From contig CAVPTL010000009.1 of NCBI GenBank assembly GCA_963708725.1, forward strand, positions 140,425 to 204,424: a stretch of 64,000 nucleotides of DNA, in the 5' to 3' direction. The stretch comes from an uncultured Actinomycetes bacterium (GTDB taxonomy: Bacteria > Actinomycetota > Thermoleophilia > Gaiellales > JAICJC01). The notes below the pieces were generated by a model, which was not told where the DNA came from, did not search any database, and saw only the letters and a program-made list of their open reading frames with translations. Positions 54,541-64,000 of this stretch are shown piece by piece. Positions within the stretch are counted from its first letter, which is position 1. The number at the start of each line of letters is the position of its first letter. Made by a program: the position numbers and the translations under genes.

Positions 54541-55319
54541 AGCGGCCGCAGCTCATCTCCGACGGTGACCGGCCCGCTGTTGACCACGCGGGCGTAGACC
54601 GCAAACGGCAGGCCCTTGTCCCCGTCGTGGGTGGCCACGATGCCTCGGTACTGCTTGATCTCTCGCAGCACCGCGGCGTCGCGGTCACCGGTCATCGGAT
54701 CGCGTGTGACCACCGCACAGCGCGGCACCGGCCCCAGCACTTCGAGTTCCAGCTGGCCGATGCCGACCCGCGATCCCACCCACTCGTCTTCCTGATGCGG
54801 GTGATCGAGATCGAGGTAGAGGTTTGCCCGAAACCTGCGACGATCCAGCGCGGGAACGCCGAGCCGTTCGCCGAGCTGGGAGACCGATTGGTTGCTGACC
54901 AGCGTGACCGGCTCGACATCGATCGCACGCGTCCCCCAGGCACGCGCGTCGATCAGCTCAACCTCGCGACGGAGGTACCGAGAGAAGGCTGTACCGAACG
55001 GCCCGCTCACGACAGCGCCCGGGCGGGGGGTGTTTGCGTAGTCCAGGAACTCGCATGCCGCTTCGGTCTCGACGATCGCCTCGACCGGGTCGGCGCCCGG
55101 AATCCGTACGACCAACCGCTCGCCGTCGAACTCCGTTTCGACTCGAGAGAGGGCCGGGGATCGGTTGGCGCTGTAGCCCCGACCGTCACGATCGGCCACG
55201 ACGAATCGCCGGTCATGAAGCAGCCCGCCCTCGTCCACCTGCCAGCTCGCGGGGGCATACGCGCGCGTGCCCTTGACGAACGCAACCTCGATCCGATCAA
55301 CGCTGGGTGTAGCAGCCAT
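54537..55319 (-). CDS. MOSC domain-containing protein
   Basis: N-terminal beta-barrel plus 'PVPRCAVVTRDPMTGDRDAAVLREIKQYRG' MOSC Cys motif. Confidence 0.7.
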   Translation of the reverse strand: MAATPSVDRIEVAFVKGTRAYAPASWQVDEGGLLHDRRFVVADRDGRGYSANRSPALSRVETEFDGERLVVRIPGADPVEAIVETEAACEFLDYANTPRPGAVVSGPFGTAFSRYLRREVELIDARAWGTRAIDVEPVTLVSNQSVSQLGERLGVPALDRRRFRANLYLDLDHPHQEDEWVGSRVGIGQLELEVLGPVPRCAVVTRDPMTGDRDAAVLREIKQYRGIVATHDGDKGLPFAVYARVVNSGPVTVGDELRPL

Positions 55320-55331
55320 CCCCCAACGTTA

Positions 55332-55364
55332 GTGAATAAATGGTGCCAGGCACCATTTATTCAC
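55332..55364. repeat. Perfect 33-nt palindrome, copy 3 of the family
   Basis: GTGAATAAATGGTGCC-A-GGCACCATTTATTCAC, identical to the core of copy 1. Lies 14 nt downstream of the SDR stop (55379-55381, minus strand) and 12 nt upstream of the MOSC start. Confidence 0.9.
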
Positions 55365-55378
55365 CCGTTTCCTCGTTG

Positions 55379-56341
55379 TCAGGCGGCGGCGGAGACTCGC
55401 GTCTCGAGCAGTTCGAGTGAGATGTCCCAAAGCTGCGCCGCGGCCGCGGGGTCGAGCGCGTAGCCGCGCACCCCGTCTCGTCCCTCGTGGTCGTCGGCGA
55501 CCACCATGGCTTCGTTGCAGTCCTCGAAGTAGCGCCCACCGATGCCCTCCAGCTGTGGCGAGGTCGCCACCAGCACCGACGTTGCGGCGCCCTGCTCCGG
55601 CGTCTTGAACTGCATCACGGTGCCGTTGCGCTGGCCCTCGCGCCATCCGTCGATCACGTCCTGGGAGAGGTGGCGCTGGAGGTTGGTCAGAATCCCGCCC
55701 GGCATCACGGCATTCGCGGTGATCCCGTCCTGCGCCCAGCGGCGGGTCGCTTCGACCGCGAACAGCACGTTGGCGGTCTTCGACTGGCCGTAAGCGAGCC
55801 ACGGGTCGTATTCGCGGCGCTCGAAGTGGATATCCGAGAACACCACCGGCGATCGCAGGTGCGCGCCCGAGCTGAGCGACACGATGCGGGCGTCGCCGTC
55901 GACCGCGAGCGCCTCCTGCAACCCAAGCGCGAGCGCGAAGTGGCCGAGGTGATTGGTCGCAAACTGAAGCTCCCAGCCCTCGGGTGTGTGCCGCTCTGGG
56001 CACGCCATCACGCCGGCGTTGTTGACGAGCAGGTGGAGCGGCCCCCACCAGTTCCCGGCAAACGCGTCGATCGACTCGCGATTCGCCAGGTCGAGGTGGG
56101 CCACGTGCACCTGTTCGTTACCCGTGCTGCGGACGATGTCTCGGGCGACGCGGTCGCCGGCGGCGATGTCGCGCACCGCGAGCGTCACGTCGGCGCCGGT
56201 CTGGGCGAGTGCTCGCGCGGTCTCCACCCCAATGCCCGACGCGGCCCCGGTGACGACCGCTCGCCGGCCGAGCAGATTGATGCCCTCGGCCACCTCTTCG
56301 GCGGTCGATGTGTTGCTAAACGGCGTTTCGATCCGGTTCAT
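55379..56341 (-). CDS. SDR-family oxidoreductase
   Basis: 'VVTGAASGIGVETA' (TGxxxGxG), 'NNAGV', 'YGQSKTAN' (YxxxK). Confidence 0.85.
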   Translation of the reverse strand: MNRIETPFSNTSTAEEVAEGINLLGRRAVVTGAASGIGVETARALAQTGADVTLAVRDIAAGDRVARDIVRSTGNEQVHVAHLDLANRESIDAFAGNWWGPLHLLVNNAGVMACPERHTPEGWELQFATNHLGHFALALGLQEALAVDGDARIVSLSSGAHLRSPVVFSDIHFERREYDPWLAYGQSKTANVLFAVEATRRWAQDGITANAVMPGGILTNLQRHLSQDVIDGWREGQRNGTVMQFKTPEQGAATSVLVATSPQLEGIGGRYFEDCNEAMVVADDHEGRDGVRGYALDPAAAAQLWDISLELLETRVSAAA

Positions 56342-56376
56342 TGTGGCCCCCTGATGGACTCGCTAAGATCAGATAT

Positions 56377-56423
56377 GCGGAGGTCGCCTCCGCTTTCACT
56401 GAGATTAGCGGAGGTACCCTCCG
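56377..56423. promoter_or_regulatory. Two tandem inverted repeats (candidate TetR operators) in the SDR/TetR divergent intergenic region
   Basis: GCGGAGG-tcg-CCTCCGC (56377-56393) and GCGGAGG-tac-CCTCCG (56408-56423), 31 nt centre to centre, between SDR start 56341 and TetR start 56447. Confidence 0.5.
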
Positions 56424-56446
56424 TTTTGCAAGTCGGGAGTTCCAGC

Positions 56447-57025
56447 GTGGTCGAGACCGAACATCTGCGAGCCGATGCGCGCCGCAACCGGGAAAAGCTG
56501 TTGGCGGTGGCGGCCGACGCGTTTGCGACCTCCGGCGTCGACTCCTCGCTCGAGGCGATTGCCCGCCAAGCCGGTGTCGGTGTGGGAACGCTCTACCGGC
56601 ACTTCCCGACGCGCGACGCGCTGATCGCCGCGACCTACCGCCGCGAGGTCGACCAGCTGTGTTCACTTGCCGGTGAGCTGCCCCAGACGATGGCGGCCGA
56701 CGTCGCCCTTCGCACCTGGATGGACGGCTTTGTTCGCTATGCGGCGACCAAGCGGGGGATGGGGGAGGCGCTGCGTGAGGTGATGGCGTCCAACTCGGAG
56801 TTGTTCTCCGAGACGCGAACGAGGCTGATCGATTCGATCGACTCGCTCGTGGACGCCGGGATCGCCGCCGGCTCGATCCGCGAGGATGCAACCGGCCTGG
56901 ACGTGCTGAGTCTGCTGGGGGCCGTGTTCATGGTGCGCGAAGGGCCCGAGCACGACGCCCAGACAACGCGAATCCTCGACCTCGTTACCGACGGTCTGCG
57001 CCCTCAGCGCCCCAGCACGAGCTGA
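56447..57025 (+). CDS. TetR/AcrR-family transcriptional regulator
   Basis: 'RRNREKLLAVAADAFATSGVDSSLEAIARQAGVGVGTLYRHFPTRDAL' TetR HTH. GTG 56447 is preceded by GGGAG. The upstream 320 codons of track ORF 55487.. are antisense to the SDR gene. Confidence 0.85.
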   Translation: MVETEHLRADARRNREKLLAVAADAFATSGVDSSLEAIARQAGVGVGTLYRHFPTRDALIAATYRREVDQLCSLAGELPQTMAADVALRTWMDGFVRYAATKRGMGEALREVMASNSELFSETRTRLIDSIDSLVDAGIAAGSIREDATGLDVLSLLGAVFMVREGPEHDAQTTRILDLVTDGLRPQRPSTS

Positions 57026-57048
57026 AGCCGGCGAGCGCCGGAATCGGC

Positions 57049-58287
57049 ATGTGGTTTACTGGCCACGTGCCCGACCCGCCGCAAGTGCAGCCCGTCTCGA
57101 GTCTGCGCGTACCGAACCTCTCAGACATCGACATGACGGCGCTTCGGGCAGAGCGGCTGGCTCGGCTACAGGCCTCGATGCGGGCGCACGGCGTTCCCGC
57201 ATGCCTGTTCTTTCATCAGGCGAACATCCGCTATGCGACCGGCACCAACGTGATGAAGATCTGGTCGTCCGAGACATTTTCGCGCCACTGTGTGGTGCCT
57301 GCCGAAGGCGAGCCGGTGCTGTTCGAGGCCGAGACCTCGCGCGACGTTTCGGCGATGAAGATCCGCGACGTGCGGGTGGCGACCACCTGGCAGTTCATCC
57401 CCAGCCGGGCCGAGCAGCTGTCCCGGGAATGGGCGGCCGAGCTCAAGACGCTGCTCCGAGAACTCGGCGCCGACGACGGCCCGCTGGGGCTCGACCAGCT
57501 CGACACCGTCGGGTTCAATGCGCTCGCCAACGCCGGCATCGAGGTCGTCGATTCGACTGCGATCACCATGGGGGCGCGCGACATCAAAACTCCTCAGGAG
57601 ATCGGGCTGATCAAGATCAACGGTGCGATCGGAGACGCCATGCTGGGCGATTTCGAGCGCGCGATCCGGCCGGGCGTTCACGAGCACGAGTTGCTCGCCA
57701 CGATCACCGACACGCTCCTGCAAAACCAGGGTGAGTACGTGTTCACACGGCTGGTGAGCTCGGGGCGAAACACCAACCCGTGGGGCAGTGAGGCGCGCGA
57801 CAAGATCGTGATGCCGGGTGACCTGGTGGCGGTCGACACTGACGCCTACGGGGTCGAGGGCTACATGATCGACGTGTCGCGCACGTTCCTCTGTGGTGAG
57901 GAGGCGTCGCCCGGACAGATCGAGGTGTACAAGATCGCCCACGACATGATGGTGCAGATGCGCGAGCTGCTGCGGCCCGGCATGACCTACGACGAGTACG
58001 CCCGGGCGTGTCCCGCACTCCCGCAACGGTTTCGGGCTCAGCAGTACGAGTGCATGGTGCACGGCATCGGCCTTCAGGACGAGAGCCCGTCGATCTACTA
58101 CCCCGACCAGGCTCCCAACCTGACCGACTCGGTGCTCACGCCGGACATGGCCCTCTGCCTCGAGGTCTATGTCGGCGAGGTGGGCGGACACTACGGGGTC
58201 AAGCTGGAGGATCAGGTACTGGTCACCGAAACAGGTGCCGAGCTGCTGTGCACCTACCCGTACGACCGCAAGCTGCTGGGCCTGTGA
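57049..58287 (+). CDS. M24-family metallopeptidase (Xaa-Pro dipeptidase/creatinase-like)
   Basis: Creatinase-like N-domain plus pita-bread fold metal ligands ('VAVDTDAYG..GYMIDVSRTF', 'HGIGL', 'EVYVGE..GVKLEDQVLVT'). Start uncertain (alternative ATG 57133). Confidence 0.75.
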   Translation: MWFTGHVPDPPQVQPVSSLRVPNLSDIDMTALRAERLARLQASMRAHGVPACLFFHQANIRYATGTNVMKIWSSETFSRHCVVPAEGEPVLFEAETSRDVSAMKIRDVRVATTWQFIPSRAEQLSREWAAELKTLLRELGADDGPLGLDQLDTVGFNALANAGIEVVDSTAITMGARDIKTPQEIGLIKINGAIGDAMLGDFERAIRPGVHEHELLATITDTLLQNQGEYVFTRLVSSGRNTNPWGSEARDKIVMPGDLVAVDTDAYGVEGYMIDVSRTFLCGEEASPGQIEVYKIAHDMMVQMRELLRPGMTYDEYARACPALPQRFRAQQYECMVHGIGLQDESPSIYYPDQAPNLTDSVLTPDMALCLEVYVGEVGGHYGVKLEDQVLVTETGAELLCTYPYDRKLLGL

Positions 58288-58916
58288 CCCTCGGCCCGGG
58301 GCGCCTGCACGCGCTGATCGACGGCGTATTCGCGATTGCACTGACACTGCTGGTGCTCGACCTGCCGAGGCCTCATGACTCGACCCGGCTGGTGCACGAT
58401 CTCGCACACGAATGGCCGAGCTACGTCGCCTACCTGGTCTCGTTCACCACCATCGGCGTGCTCTGGATCGAGCACCATGGGATGATGAGTGCGGTCAAGC
58501 AGATCAACCGCCGTTTCCTGGAGCGGACGCTGGTGTTTCTGCTGTTCATCTCGATCATCCCTTGGCCAACGGCGATCGCGGCGTCGTACGCCGACACCGG
58601 CCAGGCTCGCCCGGCCGCGATCCTGTATGCCACCGTGATGATGCTGATGGGCCTGTCGTTTGCCGCGGGTTGGAGGTATCTCTCCCAGCATCCCGAGCTG
58701 GTGTACGAACCTGCGCGGCCAGCGTTCGCTGCGGGGACGCGACGGGCGACCCTTGGCGGTCTCGTGTACGTGGTCGCGATCGCGGTGGCGGTGGTCAGCC
58801 CCACGGCATCATTCGCCGTCGACGCCGCCATCGCCATCTACTTCGCGGTCTCAAAGAGCGAGGTGCCGGGGCTGATCCAGCAGGCCACGCTGGGGGATTC
58901 CGGCGCCGCGTCCTAG
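58284..58916 (+). CDS. TMEM175/DUF1211-family putative K+ channel
   Basis: 'GRLHALIDGVFAIALTLLVLDL' first-helix motif and ~6 TM segments. GTG 58284 overlaps the M24 stop (GTGA). Confidence 0.65.
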   Translation: MTLGPGRLHALIDGVFAIALTLLVLDLPRPHDSTRLVHDLAHEWPSYVAYLVSFTTIGVLWIEHHGMMSAVKQINRRFLERTLVFLLFISIIPWPTAIAASYADTGQARPAAILYATVMMLMGLSFAAGWRYLSQHPELVYEPARPAFAAGTRRATLGGLVYVVAIAVAVVSPTASFAVDAAIAIYFAVSKSEVPGLIQQATLGDSGAAS

Positions 58917-59179
58917 GCGGGCTTGTCGATCTCCTGCGAGCGCATCTCGGCCCAGGATCGCAGCGGGGCAACGTCACGCTCGCGGGCAACGGCGGGTGTC
59001 GGTGCCGCCACATCGCCGACCGTGGCGATTGGCACCTTGGCGATATCCACGGGAGTTGTCATACCCGTACCGTAGACGGCGTCGGCCGCTGAGCGATGAG
59101 TTTTGCGACGCGGCGTGGTCATAGATGTCGAGAGGGCCGCACTTCGCGCGGCGAAAAATCGGACTGAAGGGAATGCACC

Positions 59180-59653
59180 ATGCCCAAAATGACCCCATGC
59201 CTGTGGTTCGATACCGACGGCGAGGATGCCGCGAACCTCTACGTGTCGGTGTTTCCGAACTCCAGGATCACCGATATCTCCTACTACGGCGAGGGAAGCC
59301 GGCGACCGGCGGACCTGGCGCTGACAGTGAGCTTTGAACTCGACGGCAATCGGTTTCTGGCACTGAACGGCGGACCTGAATACAGCTTCACGCCGGCCGT
59401 CTCGTTCCAGGTGCACTGCTCCAATCAGGAGGAGGTCGACTGGTACTGGACCAAGCTCGGCGAGGGCGGCGAGGAGAGCTGGTGTGGATGGCTGCAAGAC
59501 CGGTTTGGTTTGTCGTGGCAGATCGTTCCCTACCGTCTGGAAGAACTGCTCACCGATCCCGACAAGGACAAGGCCGCACGAGTGATGAAATCGATGATGG
59601 AGATGCGAAAGATCGACATCGCCGCACTCGAGCAGGCCGCGGCGGCCGGTTAG
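59180..59653 (+). CDS. VOC-superfamily protein (PhnB/'3-demethylubiquinone-9 3-methyltransferase'-domain type)
   Basis: 'KMTPCLWFDTDGEDAANLYVSVFPNSRI...FLALNGGPEYSFTPAVSFQVHC..QEEVDWYW..L...GEES.CGWLQDRFGLSWQIVP'. Confidence 0.75.
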   Translation: MPKMTPCLWFDTDGEDAANLYVSVFPNSRITDISYYGEGSRRPADLALTVSFELDGNRFLALNGGPEYSFTPAVSFQVHCSNQEEVDWYWTKLGEGGEESWCGWLQDRFGLSWQIVPYRLEELLTDPDKDKAARVMKSMMEMRKIDIAALEQAAAAG

Positions 59654-59742
59654 CTATGAGCGGGATCACCGTCTTTCTTGTTGGGTTTGTGACATAACTC
59701 TCGGTTCAGTACGCGTTGTCCACTCGTAGCCGGGAGATGTCA

Positions 59743-60846
59743 ATGAAAATGAACCGAGCGCAGTTCATCGGGGCGGGGGCAATGACCCTTGCGGCCACGG
59801 CATGTGGGGGATCGACGGGCAGCGGATCATCGAGCGCCCCGGCCAGCGCGACCGGCGGCAAGATCGAGCCGACGCTGAACTTCTACAACTGGGCGCAGTA
59901 CACGAACCCCGTGAACATCACCGGCTTCGAGAAGAAGTACAACGTCGATCTTCAGCAGACGAACTACACCTCCAACGAGGAGCTGCTCACAAAGCTCAGC
60001 GCGACCAAGGGCCAGCAGGTGTACGACATCATCGTGCCCGACGCCGACCACGTGAACATCGAGAAGGGGCTGGGCCTGCTGCTCGAGTTGGATCACAGCC
60101 TGATCCCCAACATCAAGAATCTCGATCCGCACTGGACGAAGCTGCCGTTCGACCCCGGCAACAAGTACTCGGTGATCAAGGACACGGGCATCACGACGTT
60201 CACCCGCCGCACCGACACGGTGCCCAAGAAGATGGAGACGTGGACGGAGTTTTTCGACTTCCTGCCACAGGCCAACGGCCTCAAGGTGAACTTCATCGAG
60301 AGTCCCTCCGAGGTGATCGGGGTCGCCCTGATCTCGCTGGGCTATTCGATGAATACCGACGACGACGATCAGCTGAATGCGGCCAAGCAGCTGCTGCTGA
60401 AGGTGCGCCCGAACGTCACCACGATCAATGAGGTCTACCTCGACGACTTCCAAAACGGCAACATCGACCTGGGCATCACGTACTCGGGCGACGCCCTGCG
60501 TGTGCAGGCCGCACGGCCGGAGAAGGACATCGACATCGCGATTCCGCCGAAGTCCGAGATCTGGATCGACAACTGGGCCATCTCCGCGTCGGCACCCGAT
60601 CCGAACGCCGCGCACGCCTGGATCAATTACATCCTTCAGCCACCGCAGAACGCCGCGGAGATGAGCTACAACGCCTACGAGGTGGGAACCCCGGCGTCGT
60701 TCCCGCTGGTGAAGCCCCAGTCGCTGGTCACCAACCCGCTGGTGGTGTTCTCCAGCGACATCCTCTCCAACTACGAGGTGCTGGCGACCACTCCCGAGGG
60801 CTTGCAGAAGCGGATCGCGATCTGGGACGAGTTCAAGGCGGGCTGA
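59743..60846 (+). CDS. ABC-transporter substrate-binding lipoprotein, spermidine/putrescine (PotD/PotF)-like
   Basis: Lipobox 'LAATAC'. 'LNFYNWAQYTNP', 'YDIIVPD' and 'DNWAISASAPDPNAAHAWINYIL' are PotD-family patterns. ATG 59743 is 6 nt after GGGAG. No permease or ATPase gene adjacent. Confidence 0.75.
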   Translation: MKMNRAQFIGAGAMTLAATACGGSTGSGSSSAPASATGGKIEPTLNFYNWAQYTNPVNITGFEKKYNVDLQQTNYTSNEELLTKLSATKGQQVYDIIVPDADHVNIEKGLGLLLELDHSLIPNIKNLDPHWTKLPFDPGNKYSVIKDTGITTFTRRTDTVPKKMETWTEFFDFLPQANGLKVNFIESPSEVIGVALISLGYSMNTDDDDQLNAAKQLLLKVRPNVTTINEVYLDDFQNGNIDLGITYSGDALRVQAARPEKDIDIAIPPKSEIWIDNWAISASAPDPNAAHAWINYILQPPQNAAEMSYNAYEVGTPASFPLVKPQSLVTNPLVVFSSDILSNYEVLATTPEGLQKRIAIWDEFKAG

Positions 60847-61836
60847 TCAGGCTTCGACCGAGTCGGCGGGCGGCTCCCGCAGCCAGTTGATCTGGCGCTG
60901 GGGCCGTTCGTCGACGGTCAGCTGAAACACGTCTGGGCGGTTGTAGTGCCCGGTGGTGTCGAGCGACTGCTGCTCTTCGACGATCCGCGTCAGGTCGATC
61001 TCGGCGTACACGATGGTCTCGCTTCCGGTCACCGGCCCTGCGACCCATTCGCCGTCGGGCCCGATAACCCCAGAGCCGCCCACCAGGATCGGGTCGGAGT
61101 CAAATCCGCCCGCCGCCCAGATCGCCGGGTCGAGGCCGACATCGGCGGGGAGATCCGAAGGGCGCATGAACGACCCCACGCAGATCACATAGCAGCGGCC
61201 CTCGAAGGCGTAGTGGCGGCTGGCGAGGTGCTCGCCGTCGCGCGCGTCCGGCCACGAGGCGACGTGGATCTGCTCGCCCTTGGAGTGCATCGCAAACCGC
61301 GCCAGCGGCATCCAGTGCTCCCAGCACACCAGCGCGCCGACGCGCCCAACGCTGGTCGGGAAGACGTGAAGAGTGCTGCCATCGCCACGGCCCCAGAGGA
61401 TCCGTTCGGCGTGGGTGGGCACCAGCTTGCGGTGTACCCCACGCACGGTTCCATCTGCCGAGATGAAGAGTTGCGAGTTGTAGAGCGTGCCCGGCGAGGC
61501 GTCGTTGTCGCGCTCGTTGATCCCGATGCACACCTCAACCCCGCAGCGTTTTGCCACCTTGCAGAGGGCGTCGGTCTCGGGGCCGGGGACCGTGATCGCA
61601 CTCTCGAACAGCCTGGCGTATGCGCGCTTGGCGCGGGGATCATCCCAGCCGGCGGCACCGAAGATCCAGGCCGGATAGCCGGTCACCCACGTCTCGGGAA
61701 ACGCGACCAGGCCGGCGCCCCCCGCTGCGGCTTCCTCGATCAGCAGCGTGGCCTTGGCAATGGTCGCCGCCAGATCAAACAGGATCGGCGCGGCCTGGAC
61801 GGCGGCGATCACACGGGTTGGGCGCGAGTCATCCAC
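60847..61836 (-). CDS. Carbon-nitrogen hydrolase (nitrilase-family)
   Basis: Glu-Lys-Cys triad contexts 'VAFPETWVTGYP', 'HRKLVPT', 'ALVCWEHWMP'. 329 aa. Confidence 0.8.
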   Translation of the reverse strand: MDDSRPTRVIAAVQAAPILFDLAATIAKATLLIEEAAAGGAGLVAFPETWVTGYPAWIFGAAGWDDPRAKRAYARLFESAITVPGPETDALCKVAKRCGVEVCIGINERDNDASPGTLYNSQLFISADGTVRGVHRKLVPTHAERILWGRGDGSTLHVFPTSVGRVGALVCWEHWMPLARFAMHSKGEQIHVASWPDARDGEHLASRHYAFEGRCYVICVGSFMRPSDLPADVGLDPAIWAAGGFDSDPILVGGSGVIGPDGEWVAGPVTGSETIVYAEIDLTRIVEEQQSLDTTGHYNRPDVFQLTVDERPQRQINWLREPPADSVEA

Positions 61837-61845
61837 GCGACGATC

Positions 61846-63798
<1,953 letters not shown>

Positions 63799-64000
63799 TT
63801 AGCTCGCGGTGCGGGTGAGGAACCCGTCGACGCTGATCCGCGGCCCGTCGGAGCTCGCGCGGTTCACGATCCTGATCGTGTGGACACCGACAGTGCCCCA
63901 GCTGTAGCGATACACAACCATGCGATTCCTGGTGCTCGTCGCATGGGTGTCGACGGTCGCGCGGAGCTTGCCGTCGACGAACATCTGGGCGGCACCGTGG
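63799..64000 (-). CDS. C-terminal end of a protein whose start lies beyond the window (unknown function)
   Basis: Frame stays open to nt 64000. Tail is '...FVDGKLRATVDTHATSTRNRMVVYRYSWGTVGVHTIRIVNRASSDGPRISVDGFLTRTAS'. Confidence 0.45.
   Translation of the reverse strand, partial: HGAAQMFVDGKLRATVDTHATSTRNRMVVYRYSWGTVGVHTIRIVNRASSDGPRISVDGFLTRTAS

Noticed and set aside
58913-59122. Possible 49-69-aa minus-strand ORF (MTTPVDIAKVPIATVGDVAAPTPAVARERDVAPLRSWAEMRSQEIDKPA) in the gap between the TMEM175-like and VOC genes.
   Set aside because: There is no convincing SD before either ATG and no recognisable motif. It is the tail of a long spurious ORF (58913..59497) antisense to the VOC gene. It cannot be supported from sequence alone.

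Overview
High-GC, actinobacterium-like chromosomal segment (GC judged by eye, not computed), densely coding on both strands. I support about 65 protein genes, one tRNA-Met(CAU), and no rRNA, CRISPR array, transposase or intact integrase. Content is mostly regulatory and metabolic. It includes a SigB/F-type partner-switching locus with two sigma factors, a STAS antagonist and an RsbW-like kinase, plus an RpoD-family sigma factor. There is a marked amine-catabolism theme: two copper amine oxidase paralogues, an operon of an MttB-family methyltransferase with a trimethylamine-dehydrogenase-family flavoprotein, a PotD-like binding protein, a nitrilase-family hydrolase and an M24 creatinase/prolidase-like enzyme. 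Other content: a Stf0 sulfotransferase-sulfatase pair, several transporters (MIP, ABC-2, three MFS, TMEM175-like), two class III nucleotide cyclases (one a 1113-aa Zn-ribbon-cyclase-STAND-TPR protein) and many DUF families. I did not find a clear-cut new multi-gene system. The observations that the ORF track does not explain are: (1) a family of three near-identical AT-rich perfect palindromes sitting right after stop codons, with compensatory arm changes; (2) a decayed, lower-GC, tRNA-Met-adjacent segment (about 32.5-36.5 kb) with an integrase arm-domain-like remnant fused to a cyclase ORF, a GNAT fragment and small ORFs with strong Shine-Dalgarno (SD) sites; (3) three otherwise intact genes, each broken by a +1 frameshift, within 37-47.5 kb; (4) three plausible ORFs below the 60-aa track cutoff, one carrying an SFPASDPP motif beside the partner-switching genes; (5) a translationally coupled cytoplasmic S8 protease-GAF pair. 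All family assignments come from motif recognition by eye and need HMM/BLAST confirmation.
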